From a virus (Duplodnaviria; Caudoviricetes): a stretch of DNA of 59,518 nucleotides. Positions 25,714 to 35,900 of this stretch are shown here, in pieces. The stretch is taken from positions 1 to 59,518 of IMG/VR virus record IMGVR_UViG_3300025122_000016, one strand, 5' to 3'. Positions within the stretch are counted from its first letter, which is position 1. Each line of letters starts with the position of its first letter. The notes under the pieces were generated by a model. The model did no database searches. It was not told the DNA's origin and saw nothing but the letters and a program-made list of their open reading frames with translations. The position numbers and the translations under genes were made by a program.

Positions 25714-27659
25714 TGGGGCTTTATGCATCTTCTTTTGCACACGGCCCTCCAGAGGAGCGGGATTCTAGTATAGATGCTTCTTTGCTGCCTGAACTACAGA
25801 CCCTTATAGAGGATCAAAGAAAGCTTATAGGGGCTGTTCCCGGAGAAGGGAGCGTAAATGGTGTATGGGTTCACGAAGGTATAACTTATGCCTTTAGGAA
25901 TAAGGCTGGCGGTGCCACCGCTGGAATGTATAAAGCTACATCTACTGGTTGGGTAGAAGTAGGCCTTGGAACAGCTTTAAATTTTGATGGTACTACATTA
26001 AATGGAGAGCCTGTTCCCGGAAATATAGGAACTCCAACAACCATAAAGGGCGGTACTAGTGGGGCAGAAGCAGACTTGATGGGCATCTCATATCATGGGT
26101 TATGGGAGACTGGAGCTCAAGGTGCTATGATTCTGGATAATATTACTGGGACATTTCAAGATGACGAAGATCTTCAAATGCCTTTGATATCGTTTGATAC
26201 AGGATCTGTAGAGATATCTGCAGGGGATAAGTTAAAAGGTGCTTCTTCTTCTAAAGAGGCGGTAGTTACGAGCGTTACAATAGTCACTGGTACATGGACC
26301 TCATCTAATGCAGTAGGCTACATATCTGTAAAGAATAATACAGGAACTTGGACAGCCTCTGAAGACATAACCGTCGGTGGAAATAAAAGAGCTCAGATAG
26401 TATCTTCTCCGGCTCAGCCAACTGAAGTGAAAATAGCTGTGGCTGATGGAGCAACATACTCTCAGTCCTTAGCTCCTGATGGAAAGTATGAATTTGTGAG
26501 TTATAACTTCCTAGGGGATACTAAAACAGATTCCATGTATGGGGTAAATACTGTAGACAATGGATTCTTTTTTGATGGAACTACCTTTGTAAAGAATTAC
26601 ACAGGAAAGGATGTAGACAAGCCCGAACATGTCATAGCTCACGTAAGGCATTTGTTCTATTCTTATGCCGATGCATCAATACAACACTCAAGTATAGGTG
26701 AGCCTAATAAATGGAGTGTTGTCACTGGGGCTGCAGAGTTAGGTCTTGGCGATGTTGTCAGTGGTTTTGGAGTAGAGATAAATGATGTGCTATCTGTGTT
26801 CACAAGGAATGATTGCTATATGCTTTATGGCACTTCCTCAGCAGACTGGCAGTTAAGGAGGTTCCATGCTGGAACTGGTGCTATACCTTACAGCCTTCAG
26901 AAGATGGATCAAACATTTTTCTTAGATGACCGAGGACTAACATCTATTTTCACAGTGCAATACTTCGGAGATTTTCAATCAGCGGTTGCTTCCGATAAGA
27001 TTGATCCTTTAATACAGAAGAAGAAAGACAATACAGTCGCATCTTTAAGGGTGAGAGCAAAGAATCAGTATAGATTATTTTTTGATGATAAAACTGGTGT
27101 GGTTATGACTTTCCTTAATAGGAAAAATAGAGGCATCATGCCGTTTACATTGAAGGATCAGATAGTATGTTGCTGTTCGTCGGAAGATTCCAACGGATTT
27201 GAAGTTCTTTATGGCGGCTTTGATGACGGCTATGTTCGTAGAATTGATTCAGGAACGAGTTTTGATGGAAGTTCAGTGCCATCCTTCATACGCACAGCAT
27301 ATTACAATTATGGCAATCCCGGTAATCAAAAGAGATTTAGGCAGGTTAATCTTGAAATGAATGCAGATACATCTACAGATTTAACAGTAGCTCCTGATTA
27401 TGATTTTGGGGGTATGTATTCTCCTAGAAGTATTCCTATATCAAATACATATCCTATTTCTGTTACAGCAGATGACTGGAATGTAGATGATGTTAGCAAT
27501 GATGCTTTAGGCGTCACTGTTGTTGCATCAGAGCGAATAAAAATAAATGGCTTAGGTCAAAATATGGGCCTACTTATAAAGAATGAAACAACTTACGATA
27601 AACCTATAACATTGCAAGGCGCTGTTGTAGATTATTCTCCACGCGGAGTAAGAAGGTAA
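25713..27659 (+). CDS. Tail nozzle/stabilisation protein, main part (beta-propeller)
   Basis: IGAVPGEG.V.GV, HLFY...IQHSSIGEP..W, LYGTSSADW, KNQYRLFF, KRFR..., TLQG....Y..RG.RR. Confidence 0.75.
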   Translation: MGLYASSFAHGPPEERDSSIDASLLPELQTLIEDQRKLIGAVPGEGSVNGVWVHEGITYAFRNKAGGATAGMYKATSTGWVEVGLGTALNFDGTTLNGEPVPGNIGTPTTIKGGTSGAEADLMGISYHGLWETGAQGAMILDNITGTFQDDEDLQMPLISFDTGSVEISAGDKLKGASSSKEAVVTSVTIVTGTWTSSNAVGYISVKNNTGTWTASEDITVGGNKRAQIVSSPAQPTEVKIAVADGATYSQSLAPDGKYEFVSYNFLGDTKTDSMYGVNTVDNGFFFDGTTFVKNYTGKDVDKPEHVIAHVRHLFYSYADASIQHSSIGEPNKWSVVTGAAELGLGDVVSGFGVEINDVLSVFTRNDCYMLYGTSSADWQLRRFHAGTGAIPYSLQKMDQTFFLDDRGLTSIFTVQYFGDFQSAVASDKIDPLIQKKKDNTVASLRVRAKNQYRLFFDDKTGVVMTFLNRKNRGIMPFTLKDQIVCCCSSEDSNGFEVLYGGFDDGYVRRIDSGTSFDGSSVPSFIRTAYYNYGNPGNQKRFRQVNLEMNADTSTDLTVAPDYDFGGMYSPRSIPISNTYPISVTADDWNVDDVSNDALGVTVVASERIKINGLGQNMGLLIKNETTYDKPITLQGAVVDYSPRGVRR

Positions 27660-27663
27660 TATT

Positions 27664-28791
27664 ATGGCAAGTAGCTATACTGGCGAAAAGGCAATTGACT
27701 ATACCAATACTAATCCTGATTATTGGGGTAGTGTAAATCAATTTTTCAATGAGGGGAAAACAGCAGCGACTGGTGAGACTGGTATATGGATTCCCAATCT
27801 TGAGAAGGAAGGGGCAGAGGCAACAGCTTTAGCTGCAACAGCGGGTGGGGTAAAGGCTTTCTCTGGAACAAACTATGCTAAAGCTTCTGGAACTGACCCG
27901 ACAGACAACGCCGGAGCAGAAAAACCTATAAGATTAGCATCAATCTACAGAGGCGGAACAGAATACAAAGGTAAGGTTGTGAATCCCGAAGCGGTAAAAG
28001 AAGGGCATGACCCGATAAGAGGAGGGCCGATGGGCTCTTTACCTGAGTATTGGCATGGTAGATATATAAAGGGTGGTGAGATCATGGATCGACCACGAGG
28101 CTCTATGTATACTGACCGTGGTGGAGATTTCACTGGTATGCTAATGCCGGGTCAAAAGCTAGATAATCCATTCCTCGATGCATTGCTAGGCCCTAGGGAT
28201 GGTGATGGCCTTAGAGGAACCTATGAAGCTACTACAACAGGGGTTCCTACACATGGTGCTGGAGGAACTACCTCTGGAGGAGGAGCATTCTTCAGCGGTC
28301 CAACAGCCCCGCTGTTTAATACTGTTAATGATTCCGCATTTATTCAAAACAGACTTGCCGATTTATTACAAACCAATACTCCTCTATGGAAAAGCGCTAG
28401 AACTTTAGGATTGCAAGTGGCAAACTCTATGGGTATTCCTTTAGACAGCTCGATAACCCAAGGCATCGTAATGAATCAAATAATGAAGATTGCTATACCT
28501 ATTGTTCAAGCTGATGCAAAAACATACCAGCATCAACAGTTAGTTAATCAAGGATATGCTAATGAGTTTATTCAGTTGATCAACAAAGCCTACATAAGTG
28601 AATTCGATACAAGACTGAAGGGAAGCATTCAACTTGAGCTATCTTCCTTGGCAGCAAACGCAGCCAATTGGAGAACAATGATTGCAGCGTATTCGGATAT
28701 AATGACAACAGCTGATATGTCAGCTAATGCTGCTAATATAGCTATGGGCTCTCTTGGGCCTTTGATGCAGTATGATTTATTTAGGATATAA
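27664..28791 (+). CDS. Internal virion/ejection protein
   Basis: Position after nozzle; G/A-rich, helical C-terminus. Confidence 0.6.
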   Translation: MASSYTGEKAIDYTNTNPDYWGSVNQFFNEGKTAATGETGIWIPNLEKEGAEATALAATAGGVKAFSGTNYAKASGTDPTDNAGAEKPIRLASIYRGGTEYKGKVVNPEAVKEGHDPIRGGPMGSLPEYWHGRYIKGGEIMDRPRGSMYTDRGGDFTGMLMPGQKLDNPFLDALLGPRDGDGLRGTYEATTTGVPTHGAGGTTSGGGAFFSGPTAPLFNTVNDSAFIQNRLADLLQTNTPLWKSARTLGLQVANSMGIPLDSSITQGIVMNQIMKIAIPIVQADAKTYQHQQLVNQGYANEFIQLINKAYISEFDTRLKGSIQLELSSLAANAANWRTMIAAYSDIMTTADMSANAANIAMGSLGPLMQYDLFRI

Positions 28792-28805
28792 CAGGAGATA
28801 GAACT

Positions 28806-29384
28806 ATGGACTGGACAAGTATACTTAGCGGCGCAGCTAGCGGGCTAGGAAGCATAGTGGGTGCTTTTTTCTCCGCTCTTGGTAGTGGGGGTGGTGGATC
28901 TGCCGCAGATGGGGCGCAAGCAGTATTCATGAACGGCTTTAGGCAGGGCGACGCAGGTAAAAAAATGCTTTCCTCTTCTAATTATTTTGAAATGGGGTCG
29001 GGAGAAGTTCCTTCTACATACGGTTGGCCAGATACATTCTATAATATGGATGCAAATAGTTTTTTTAAAAGCGCTTTCTCCCCGGGAGGGTGGCTTAATC
29101 CCGGCAAGCAGCCTATGACTCCGTATGAAAAAGCAGGGCTTTGGGCTGCAGTTGGTGGAGACCTAGCCGACCTATATGGAGAAAAAAGAGATCGTGATTT
29201 AGCGAAGAATGTGTTAAAGCTTAAAGAAAAAGGTGGAAGGCACCTTGGAACATCTCACAGCGATAAGCCCGGAGAGGGGGCTCCTTTCGATTTAGTGGCG
29301 GCTTATAAGGCTCAGGGGAAAGTAGCACCATTACGTAGGACAGTTTTAGGGGGCGAAAATACTGCCTTTGGGTTGTTATCATAA
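28806..29384 (+). CDS. Internal virion/ejection protein
   Basis: Gly/Ala-rich hydrophobic N-terminus; ends GLLS. Confidence 0.6.
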   Translation: MDWTSILSGAASGLGSIVGAFFSALGSGGGGSAADGAQAVFMNGFRQGDAGKKMLSSSNYFEMGSGEVPSTYGWPDTFYNMDANSFFKSAFSPGGWLNPGKQPMTPYEKAGLWAAVGGDLADLYGEKRDRDLAKNVLKLKEKGGRHLGTSHSDKPGEGAPFDLVAAYKAQGKVAPLRRTVLGGENTAFGLLS

Positions 29385-30103
29385 TGGCTATTAAATATCC
29401 TAGAAGTCCTCAAGCTCTTCCTGACCCATCTCCAAACGCAATGGCTGATGTTGTTGCCACAGAACAGGCATCTCCATTTGGCGAGGAAGTAACCGTAAGT
29501 GAGTCTGTAGAAACCCCGCTTGGCGCAGCTGGGAATAGCGTTGCTCAGACAGTGGTTGACCCATCAGAGATAGAGACTGCAAAAGCTGTAGCTAAATTTA
29601 TAAAAGATGAAGTAAACCAGTCTAAGGATATTATAGCTGACAGACTAACTAATTCTAGAGATCCTTATGTAGAAGTAGGAGCTATAGTTGCGCCTATAAC
29701 CAAGGATGAATTAGATGCAATTAGAGAAACCGAAATCCCAACCAACTACAACGCTATACCAGCTCTTTTGTCTAGCGGTAATGAAGCAGTTTTTAGAGTT
29801 GGCAAGCTTCAGCCAAACAAAAAAGAAAGAATGATATCATTAATGTCTGCCCTTGATTCATACTCTAATCTTGGAGACCCAGACTTTGGAAAAGAGCAGC
29901 AGATCAAGATGACTCAGGATATAATCCGCAGCTTGCAGGCCAACGAGAAAAATGCTGCTGCGTTAGCTGATATCTCACCACCCCCAGCACCTCTGGGACA
30001 GATGCAATCGCCACAACCTCCAACCTTACCACAAGAACAACCACTCCAACAGCAACCTAGAGGTCTTCTCGGGGCCTCTGTTCCTCAGCAGGATATTGCA
30101 TAA
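29384..30103 (+). CDS. Internal virion protein
   Basis: P/Q-rich C-terminus with RGLLG. Confidence 0.6.
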   Translation: MAIKYPRSPQALPDPSPNAMADVVATEQASPFGEEVTVSESVETPLGAAGNSVAQTVVDPSEIETAKAVAKFIKDEVNQSKDIIADRLTNSRDPYVEVGAIVAPITKDELDAIRETEIPTNYNAIPALLSSGNEAVFRVGKLQPNKKERMISLMSALDSYSNLGDPDFGKEQQIKMTQDIIRSLQANEKNAAALADISPPPAPLGQMQSPQPPTLPQEQPLQQQPRGLLGASVPQQDIA

Positions 30104-32934
30104 TGGCATTTGAAGCTACTCAAAAGTTTTTTGCTAACGCCCAAGCTAGGCTTGATAAAGAAGCAGACTTCCTAAAAGGGGCTGCGTTCTCATTTGCTTT
30201 GAATGAATTCGTTGACAAAAGAACAGAAGCCAGAAAAGAAAAGCTAAGATTGCATGGAGTTGCAGCAACAGCCCATACGCAGAAAATAGATATCATTAAA
30301 AGTATGGTAGGTTCTTTGAATCAAGATATTAAGGCACTTTATAACTCGTTAAAAGGTGCTACTACCGCGTATCAAGCGGGTGGTAGCGCACTTGCAACCA
30401 CCTTAACCAGAATAGGCATGGGCAGCAAAGAGGAGCTTGCTGCTCATATACAAAATTTAAAAGATAATATCATAAGGAAGGAGGAGAAAAGGCAGGCATT
30501 CTATAGCGGGTGGTCAAGACTTGTAGGATATGGCGGGTCTATACCAGAAGCAAACAAGTTATGGAGTGGGAAAACTATTCCAACTACTGCAGCACTTACG
30601 GAGTCTTTAAAAAAATCTGCTGCAGTAGAGGCCGTTACTGAAGGAGCTGCAACCGATACACCTGCTACTACAGTTACCCCATCAGCTGTATCCCCTGCTG
30701 CTGGATCAAGCGTAGCTGATGAGTACCTTGCAATAGATCGACAAGTAGAAAAACTAAGAAAGAAAAACCTTGTAGCCGAAGAGAGAGAAAAGATAGTTCA
30801 AGATGTTGTTAAATTTGCTATAGGTGGGCAGGGTAGTAGTGGAAGGGATAAACTCGCTGGTGTTTTGAAAAGGAAAAAGGATAACGATCTTGATAAAAAC
30901 ATAGATCGCTGGCTGATTGATTATTTAAAAGGGTTTGAGTGGGGTAAACAATTCTTACAAGAATACGAGATTATACCGGGTGATACTAAAGATGCTGATA
31001 CCTTATGGACACAGGAATATGAAGCTGGTCAAACTCCTCGTTTATGGGAGCAGGAATATGAAGCTGGCCAAACTTCTCCGCAAACTGTACCGCCTATTCT
31101 CTATCCTAATTTCCAACATTTTGACGAGCTATCACCAGAGGAAGATGCTTGGGATCGAGGATTACTACAAAAAGGATGGGACAAAAGAGCCCAACAAGCC
31201 ATTCTTGCGCGAAATGTATCTGGTCTTCAGCAGTGGGATTATCTGCATCCAGATGAGGATGCTCCGCTAGAGTGGCCTCAAGAATATGGAGAGTTTGATC
31301 CACAGTATGGGGTGGTTCCTAGGGATATTTCAGAGGAAGCTGCGCTAGCCGAAGTGTCTGACGAAAGATGGGCTCCCGGCCCACGAACTAATGTTCCTGC
31401 AGAGTTGCGTGGGGATAGGCGTCGATACGAGGCGCGCAACTGGATGAAGAAAATCCCAATAGACGAATTTTATAGACTTATTGCAGCCACGATAAAAGAT
31501 AACAAAAAATATCTAGATGAATTGTCTGGAGCTGCTGGTGGTTCTTACTTATTATATCAGGGGTATGATGCAATCAGAGATGCCTTCCTTTCGCCAGACC
31601 AAAAAGAGCTAAAAGCATTATTAAGAGAAAGGGCGGCTGCCAAAAAGAGTCCCAAGAAGTATGGTACATGGACTAAAAAAGATGAGCAGAAACTAACCGC
31701 TCTAAAAAACAAGATTTCAACAGCTAAGAAAACCAAAGCCCGTGAAGCAAAAGGAAAAAGGGGTGGACTAAGTTTATATAAAGAAGATAGGTTTAGAAAA
31801 ATTCCATTCGGCAGTATAGCAAAAATTGGAACAGGTCTTGCTTTGTTAGGGTATGGTTTCTTTGCGGAGGCGAAAGAGCATGGTCTTGCACTTATGGAAG
31901 AGGCTGCGGCTGGAGATGAGAAAGCACTAGAGATCATTGGTGCTCTAAAAATAATATCAGAAGGTGCAGATAAAGTAATAACAACAGGGTTAGGAGTAGG
32001 TGGCGCTGCTATAGATGTAGCTACGGGTGCGGCAGGAGATCAAGGAACCTCTAGAATGCCGGGTCTGGAAAGGATGACAGGGCCGGAAATGGAAAGGATT
32101 CCACACGCTACAAGCCCGCAATATGGGAGCGGTGCGTACCGCGGCCCATTTAAAAGCCCAGCAGTAGGCCAGATTGATGCTGACTCAGATGCTTTAATGA
32201 ATTTAAGAGCTGAAGGATGGCTTGATGAAATTCAGTATAACAGACTTAAAGACCCTTCTATACCTGAAACAGTCAAGAGGAATATAGTGCAGCAGGCCAG
32301 AGACAGAATGGAAGGGGCGGGTGAGCCAGTTGGGCATATGACAGCTACCGAACATAGAGCTGCTAGAGTTATACAATATACAACACAACTGGTAAGTGAA
32401 GCTGAAAGTGGTGGCGATTATAATGCAGTTGGATTCTCTCCGGGAATGAAACAAGAAGAAAGCGACAGAGCTGTTACACAAAGAACTGTAGGGCAAAATG
32501 CTAAGGTGTATGGAGAAGAAAAGAATCTTGGCATGTACCAAATGGATGTCCCTCATATGCTCAGCTTGACAAGAAAGTATCTTGGTAGGGATAAGAAATG
32601 GTTAATGGACCAATCATTTACTCCAGAATTCCAAGATGAGATGTTTAATTTTACGCTTATAGACGCTGGTTTGATGAAGCTCGTTACGGAAGAAATTACT
32701 CCAGCTGAATTTTGGACAAATCTAATAAAGAAATATCCTAGTTTGCCGGGACCTAACCAGAAAAGAGGGGGTAGAACGGTGGGGGAAAATAAAGTAACAG
32801 ATACCATGACCATGGAAGAAAGGTCTGGAGATATCAAGGGGCTAATCAACAAGCGTGTTACTCCTTCTATGTTATGGAGTGCGGCGGACGAAGAAAGAAC
32901 TGGTATGCGTGGCGAAGGATTGCTAGGAAGATAA
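30103..32934 (+). CDS. Ejection protein with C-terminal lysozyme/lytic transglycosylase-like domain
   Basis: AESGGDYNA...GMYQM...FTPEFQD...YPSLPG (~32400-32750). Confidence 0.7.
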   Translation: MAFEATQKFFANAQARLDKEADFLKGAAFSFALNEFVDKRTEARKEKLRLHGVAATAHTQKIDIIKSMVGSLNQDIKALYNSLKGATTAYQAGGSALATTLTRIGMGSKEELAAHIQNLKDNIIRKEEKRQAFYSGWSRLVGYGGSIPEANKLWSGKTIPTTAALTESLKKSAAVEAVTEGAATDTPATTVTPSAVSPAAGSSVADEYLAIDRQVEKLRKKNLVAEEREKIVQDVVKFAIGGQGSSGRDKLAGVLKRKKDNDLDKNIDRWLIDYLKGFEWGKQFLQEYEIIPGDTKDADTLWTQEYEAGQTPRLWEQEYEAGQTSPQTVPPILYPNFQHFDELSPEEDAWDRGLLQKGWDKRAQQAILARNVSGLQQWDYLHPDEDAPLEWPQEYGEFDPQYGVVPRDISEEAALAEVSDERWAPGPRTNVPAELRGDRRRYEARNWMKKIPIDEFYRLIAATIKDNKKYLDELSGAAGGSYLLYQGYDAIRDAFLSPDQKELKALLRERAAAKKSPKKYGTWTKKDEQKLTALKNKISTAKKTKAREAKGKRGGLSLYKEDRFRKIPFGSIAKIGTGLALLGYGFFAEAKEHGLALMEEAAAGDEKALEIIGALKIISEGADKVITTGLGVGGAAIDVATGAAGDQGTSRMPGLERMTGPEMERIPHATSPQYGSGAYRGPFKSPAVGQIDADSDALMNLRAEGWLDEIQYNRLKDPSIPETVKRNIVQQARDRMEGAGEPVGHMTATEHRAARVIQYTTQLVSEAESGGDYNAVGFSPGMKQEESDRAVTQRTVGQNAKVYGEEKNLGMYQMDVPHMLSLTRKYLGRDKKWLMDQSFTPEFQDEMFNFTLIDAGLMKLVTEEITPAEFWTNLIKKYPSLPGPNQKRGGRTVGENKVTDTMTMEERSGDIKGLINKRVTPSMLWSAADEERTGMRGEGLLGR
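31003..31080 (+). repeat. 39-bp in-frame tandem duplication
   Basis: LWTQEYEAGQTPR / LWEQEYEAGQTSP; DNA nearly identical. Confidence 0.85.
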
Positions 32935-32937
32935 TCT

Positions 32938-35900
32938 ATGGCTGACAATCAAGAGCAAAAAATTTATCTATTTGATTACCCTGCTGTAACTAGGTGGGAT
33001 ACTCCAGTTGATCAATTGAATCAAGCATTGGATACTACAAATGTAAGTTCAGAAGAAAGAAGTCTTGCAGAAGCTTTCCATGGAGGTTACAAGAACCTTC
33101 AACATCTTGCAGCTTCATACATGATGAAAACAGGGAAGCAACTTCTTGACCCTGAAGGGTTTGAGCATGAGGGTATAGGTCGGTGGCTGTTTGAGACTGG
33201 CGAAGATTGGTATACAGAAGTAGGCGCTGACATTGCAGATGACAAACACAGGCCGCGATGGAAAGATGTTGAGGGCGTAGGAGAAACTAGCTCATGGTTT
33301 GCTGATGCTATAGCAGAACAAATACCATTGATGGCTCCCGGCGTGATTGGTGGTGGTCTTGTTGGTATTGCTGCAGCTGCCGCTGGTTGGCCTGTGCTTG
33401 CTGTAACAGGCGCTGTATGGGGGACTGTAGGCTTAACAAGTTACTTGCTGAATACTGGGGATGCTTACTCAAAGCAACTACAGAAGGGCGGAAAAATAGA
33501 TGAACATGTTGCTGACGTTGCTGGTGTTGTAGCTGCTGCTTTTGATGTTATCATACCCGGCGTTATAACTGGTAAGGTTGTAAAAGCTTTAGGTCCTAAG
33601 CTATCTAAGAATTTACGTGATGGATTGCAGAAAAATGTAGCTAAAAATTTAAGGCTAAATACTGCTGTAGGTACTAGGATAAAAAGAGGTATAACGTATG
33701 CTCTTGTTGAGGGATCTACAGAGTATCTGCAAGAAGGGTTGCTAGAGGCCAGTGTAAATTATGTAAATGATCTGCCTCCTTTTGATTATAGCCCAGAACA
33801 AAAAGAGATAATGACAGAGGCATTCTGGGTTGGATGGGGTGCCGGTGGTGCTTTTGGGGTGACTACCCCTACTGGTAGCAGGGCTCAGAGAAAAGCCCTT
33901 GAGGCTGAATCTGCGGCTGCTGATGCTGAAGTAGCAGCTAGTGAAGCTAAAGCTGCTGCAGATGAGGCTGTATTATCTGAGGCGGTTGATGAGTCTACTG
34001 CATTAGAGGCCATTGAAGAGGTGGCTGCTGAAGCTCCGCCGAGAAGTATGAGACGGAGAGGAACACTACCTACCACTGCACCACCTCCAGCTACTCCAGA
34101 ATTTGATACTGGGCTAGCTGGTATAGGGCCATTTGGAGACCCATTAGCTACTCCATATACTAGACCGGGGGATAGGGCTCCCCTTGATGCTGAGGAAGCA
34201 ACACTAGAAACTGGAGATCCTTATGCTCCAACAAGGATGGACAGAGTTAGATCTAGGAGAGCAGCTAGGAGAGCGGAAAGAAGCGAGGTTGATGATACCC
34301 TTGCTAGATTAGAGAGGGGTGTGGAGGCTGATGGCGGCATTCCTGTAATCACAGGACCAGCTGCTGAAACTGTTACTGCATCTGACGCTGGGTTGCTTGA
34401 CATAGGCGAACCAATACGCCCAATAAGGAAGAAGTTTGAAACAGCAGGTGAAACTGGTAGGGTACTAGGAAGGCGCAGAAGAGAGGCTAAAATAGAAGCC
34501 GAAGCTGCTGCTAGAGCTGAGCAAGAAAGATTAGACGCAATAGAAGCTGAGCGTATACTGAGAGAGAAAAGAGAAGCAGCTGACATAGAGGCTGAATCTG
34601 TTGCTTTAGCAGAGTCAAGTAATAGACAGATCCAAGATGCTGTTAATATGGCTAATACATTAATGGATCTAGTCCTAGCTAGAGGGTGGGACGAAGCTAG
34701 GACTATAAGATTTACTTCTCAAAAAGCTGGTGACATTTCTGCAAGCAATGGACAAGCTGCGGCTGATGCATTTAATGCTGTTATTTCACAAAGAATGGCA
34801 AGGGAGGCGGAGGCTAAAGCTGCTGAATCAGCGCCTACAGCTCCCAAAGCTCGCAGCCCAAAAGAAGAAGCTGAATTAGCTGCTACTATAGCAGAGCTGC
34901 AGGAAAGATTCGGTACGATATTTGAAGAAAGACCAGCCATTACACAGTTAGCTGTTTCAGCTACTCCTGAACCCGCTAAACCAAAGAAGAGACCTACAAC
35001 AAAAAGAACACCACCAGCTGTTGCACCCCCTAAAGAATCCGTTGTATGGTCTGATGATAGGGGTGTATTAACTGCTAATGTTGGTGTTGGTACGCCTGCA
35101 GAGGCAGAAGTAATAGTAAAAGAGGTTGATGGAGAGTGGGTTGCATGGGTTGGAGATGCAGAGGTAACTACTGATGGCATGCCAGAATCCGATCAAAAAG
35201 TATTTAAATCCTCAGAAGATGCAAAAAGATTTGTAATAAGACAGTATGGCTCTGAAGCTGAAGCAGCAGCCATACCAAAAGGAAGACCAAAAACGAAGGC
35301 GGCAACTGCTGGAGCTACCCCATCAGCTCCCTCATCAGCTCCGGCTCCGGCAGCTGCCCCTTCACCCTCACCAGCAAAGACTCCTACACCAAAAATAAAG
35401 AAGCCCGCTATTGGTCCTAACATGACCAAGAAGGAGTTTGATTATTATAGTACTCAAGAGGCTGGCGTTCTTTCTCAGAAGAGAATAAACTACATAGCCG
35501 CTAAAAGAGTTAGGGGAACTGAGTTAAATAAGTGGGAGAGCGGTGCTATTCTGTGGGATAATCAGGCAGAAAGAGTTGCTAGAGCAGAGGGTAGAATCCG
35601 TAAGGCAACGGAGAAGCCTGCTGAGAAGCCAGCGGCTGCCAGAAAACCTTTAAGGGTTCTTCCGTATTCCAAAGTAACAACTAATGAAGAAGGGATACCG
35701 CTCCAGATAGAAAAAAATGATGAAGGTACATTCAACTTACTTCTTGGTGTAGAAGATCAAAATGTAATTGGAGTGTACAAATCTAGATCAACTGCTAAAA
35801 ACGTAGCTGATGGCCTTACATCATCTGATGTAGGTAAGAGATTGGCAGCTCCTTTAAAGCTCGAGGCAAGAACTTTAAGAAGAGATTATTCTGATTGGAA

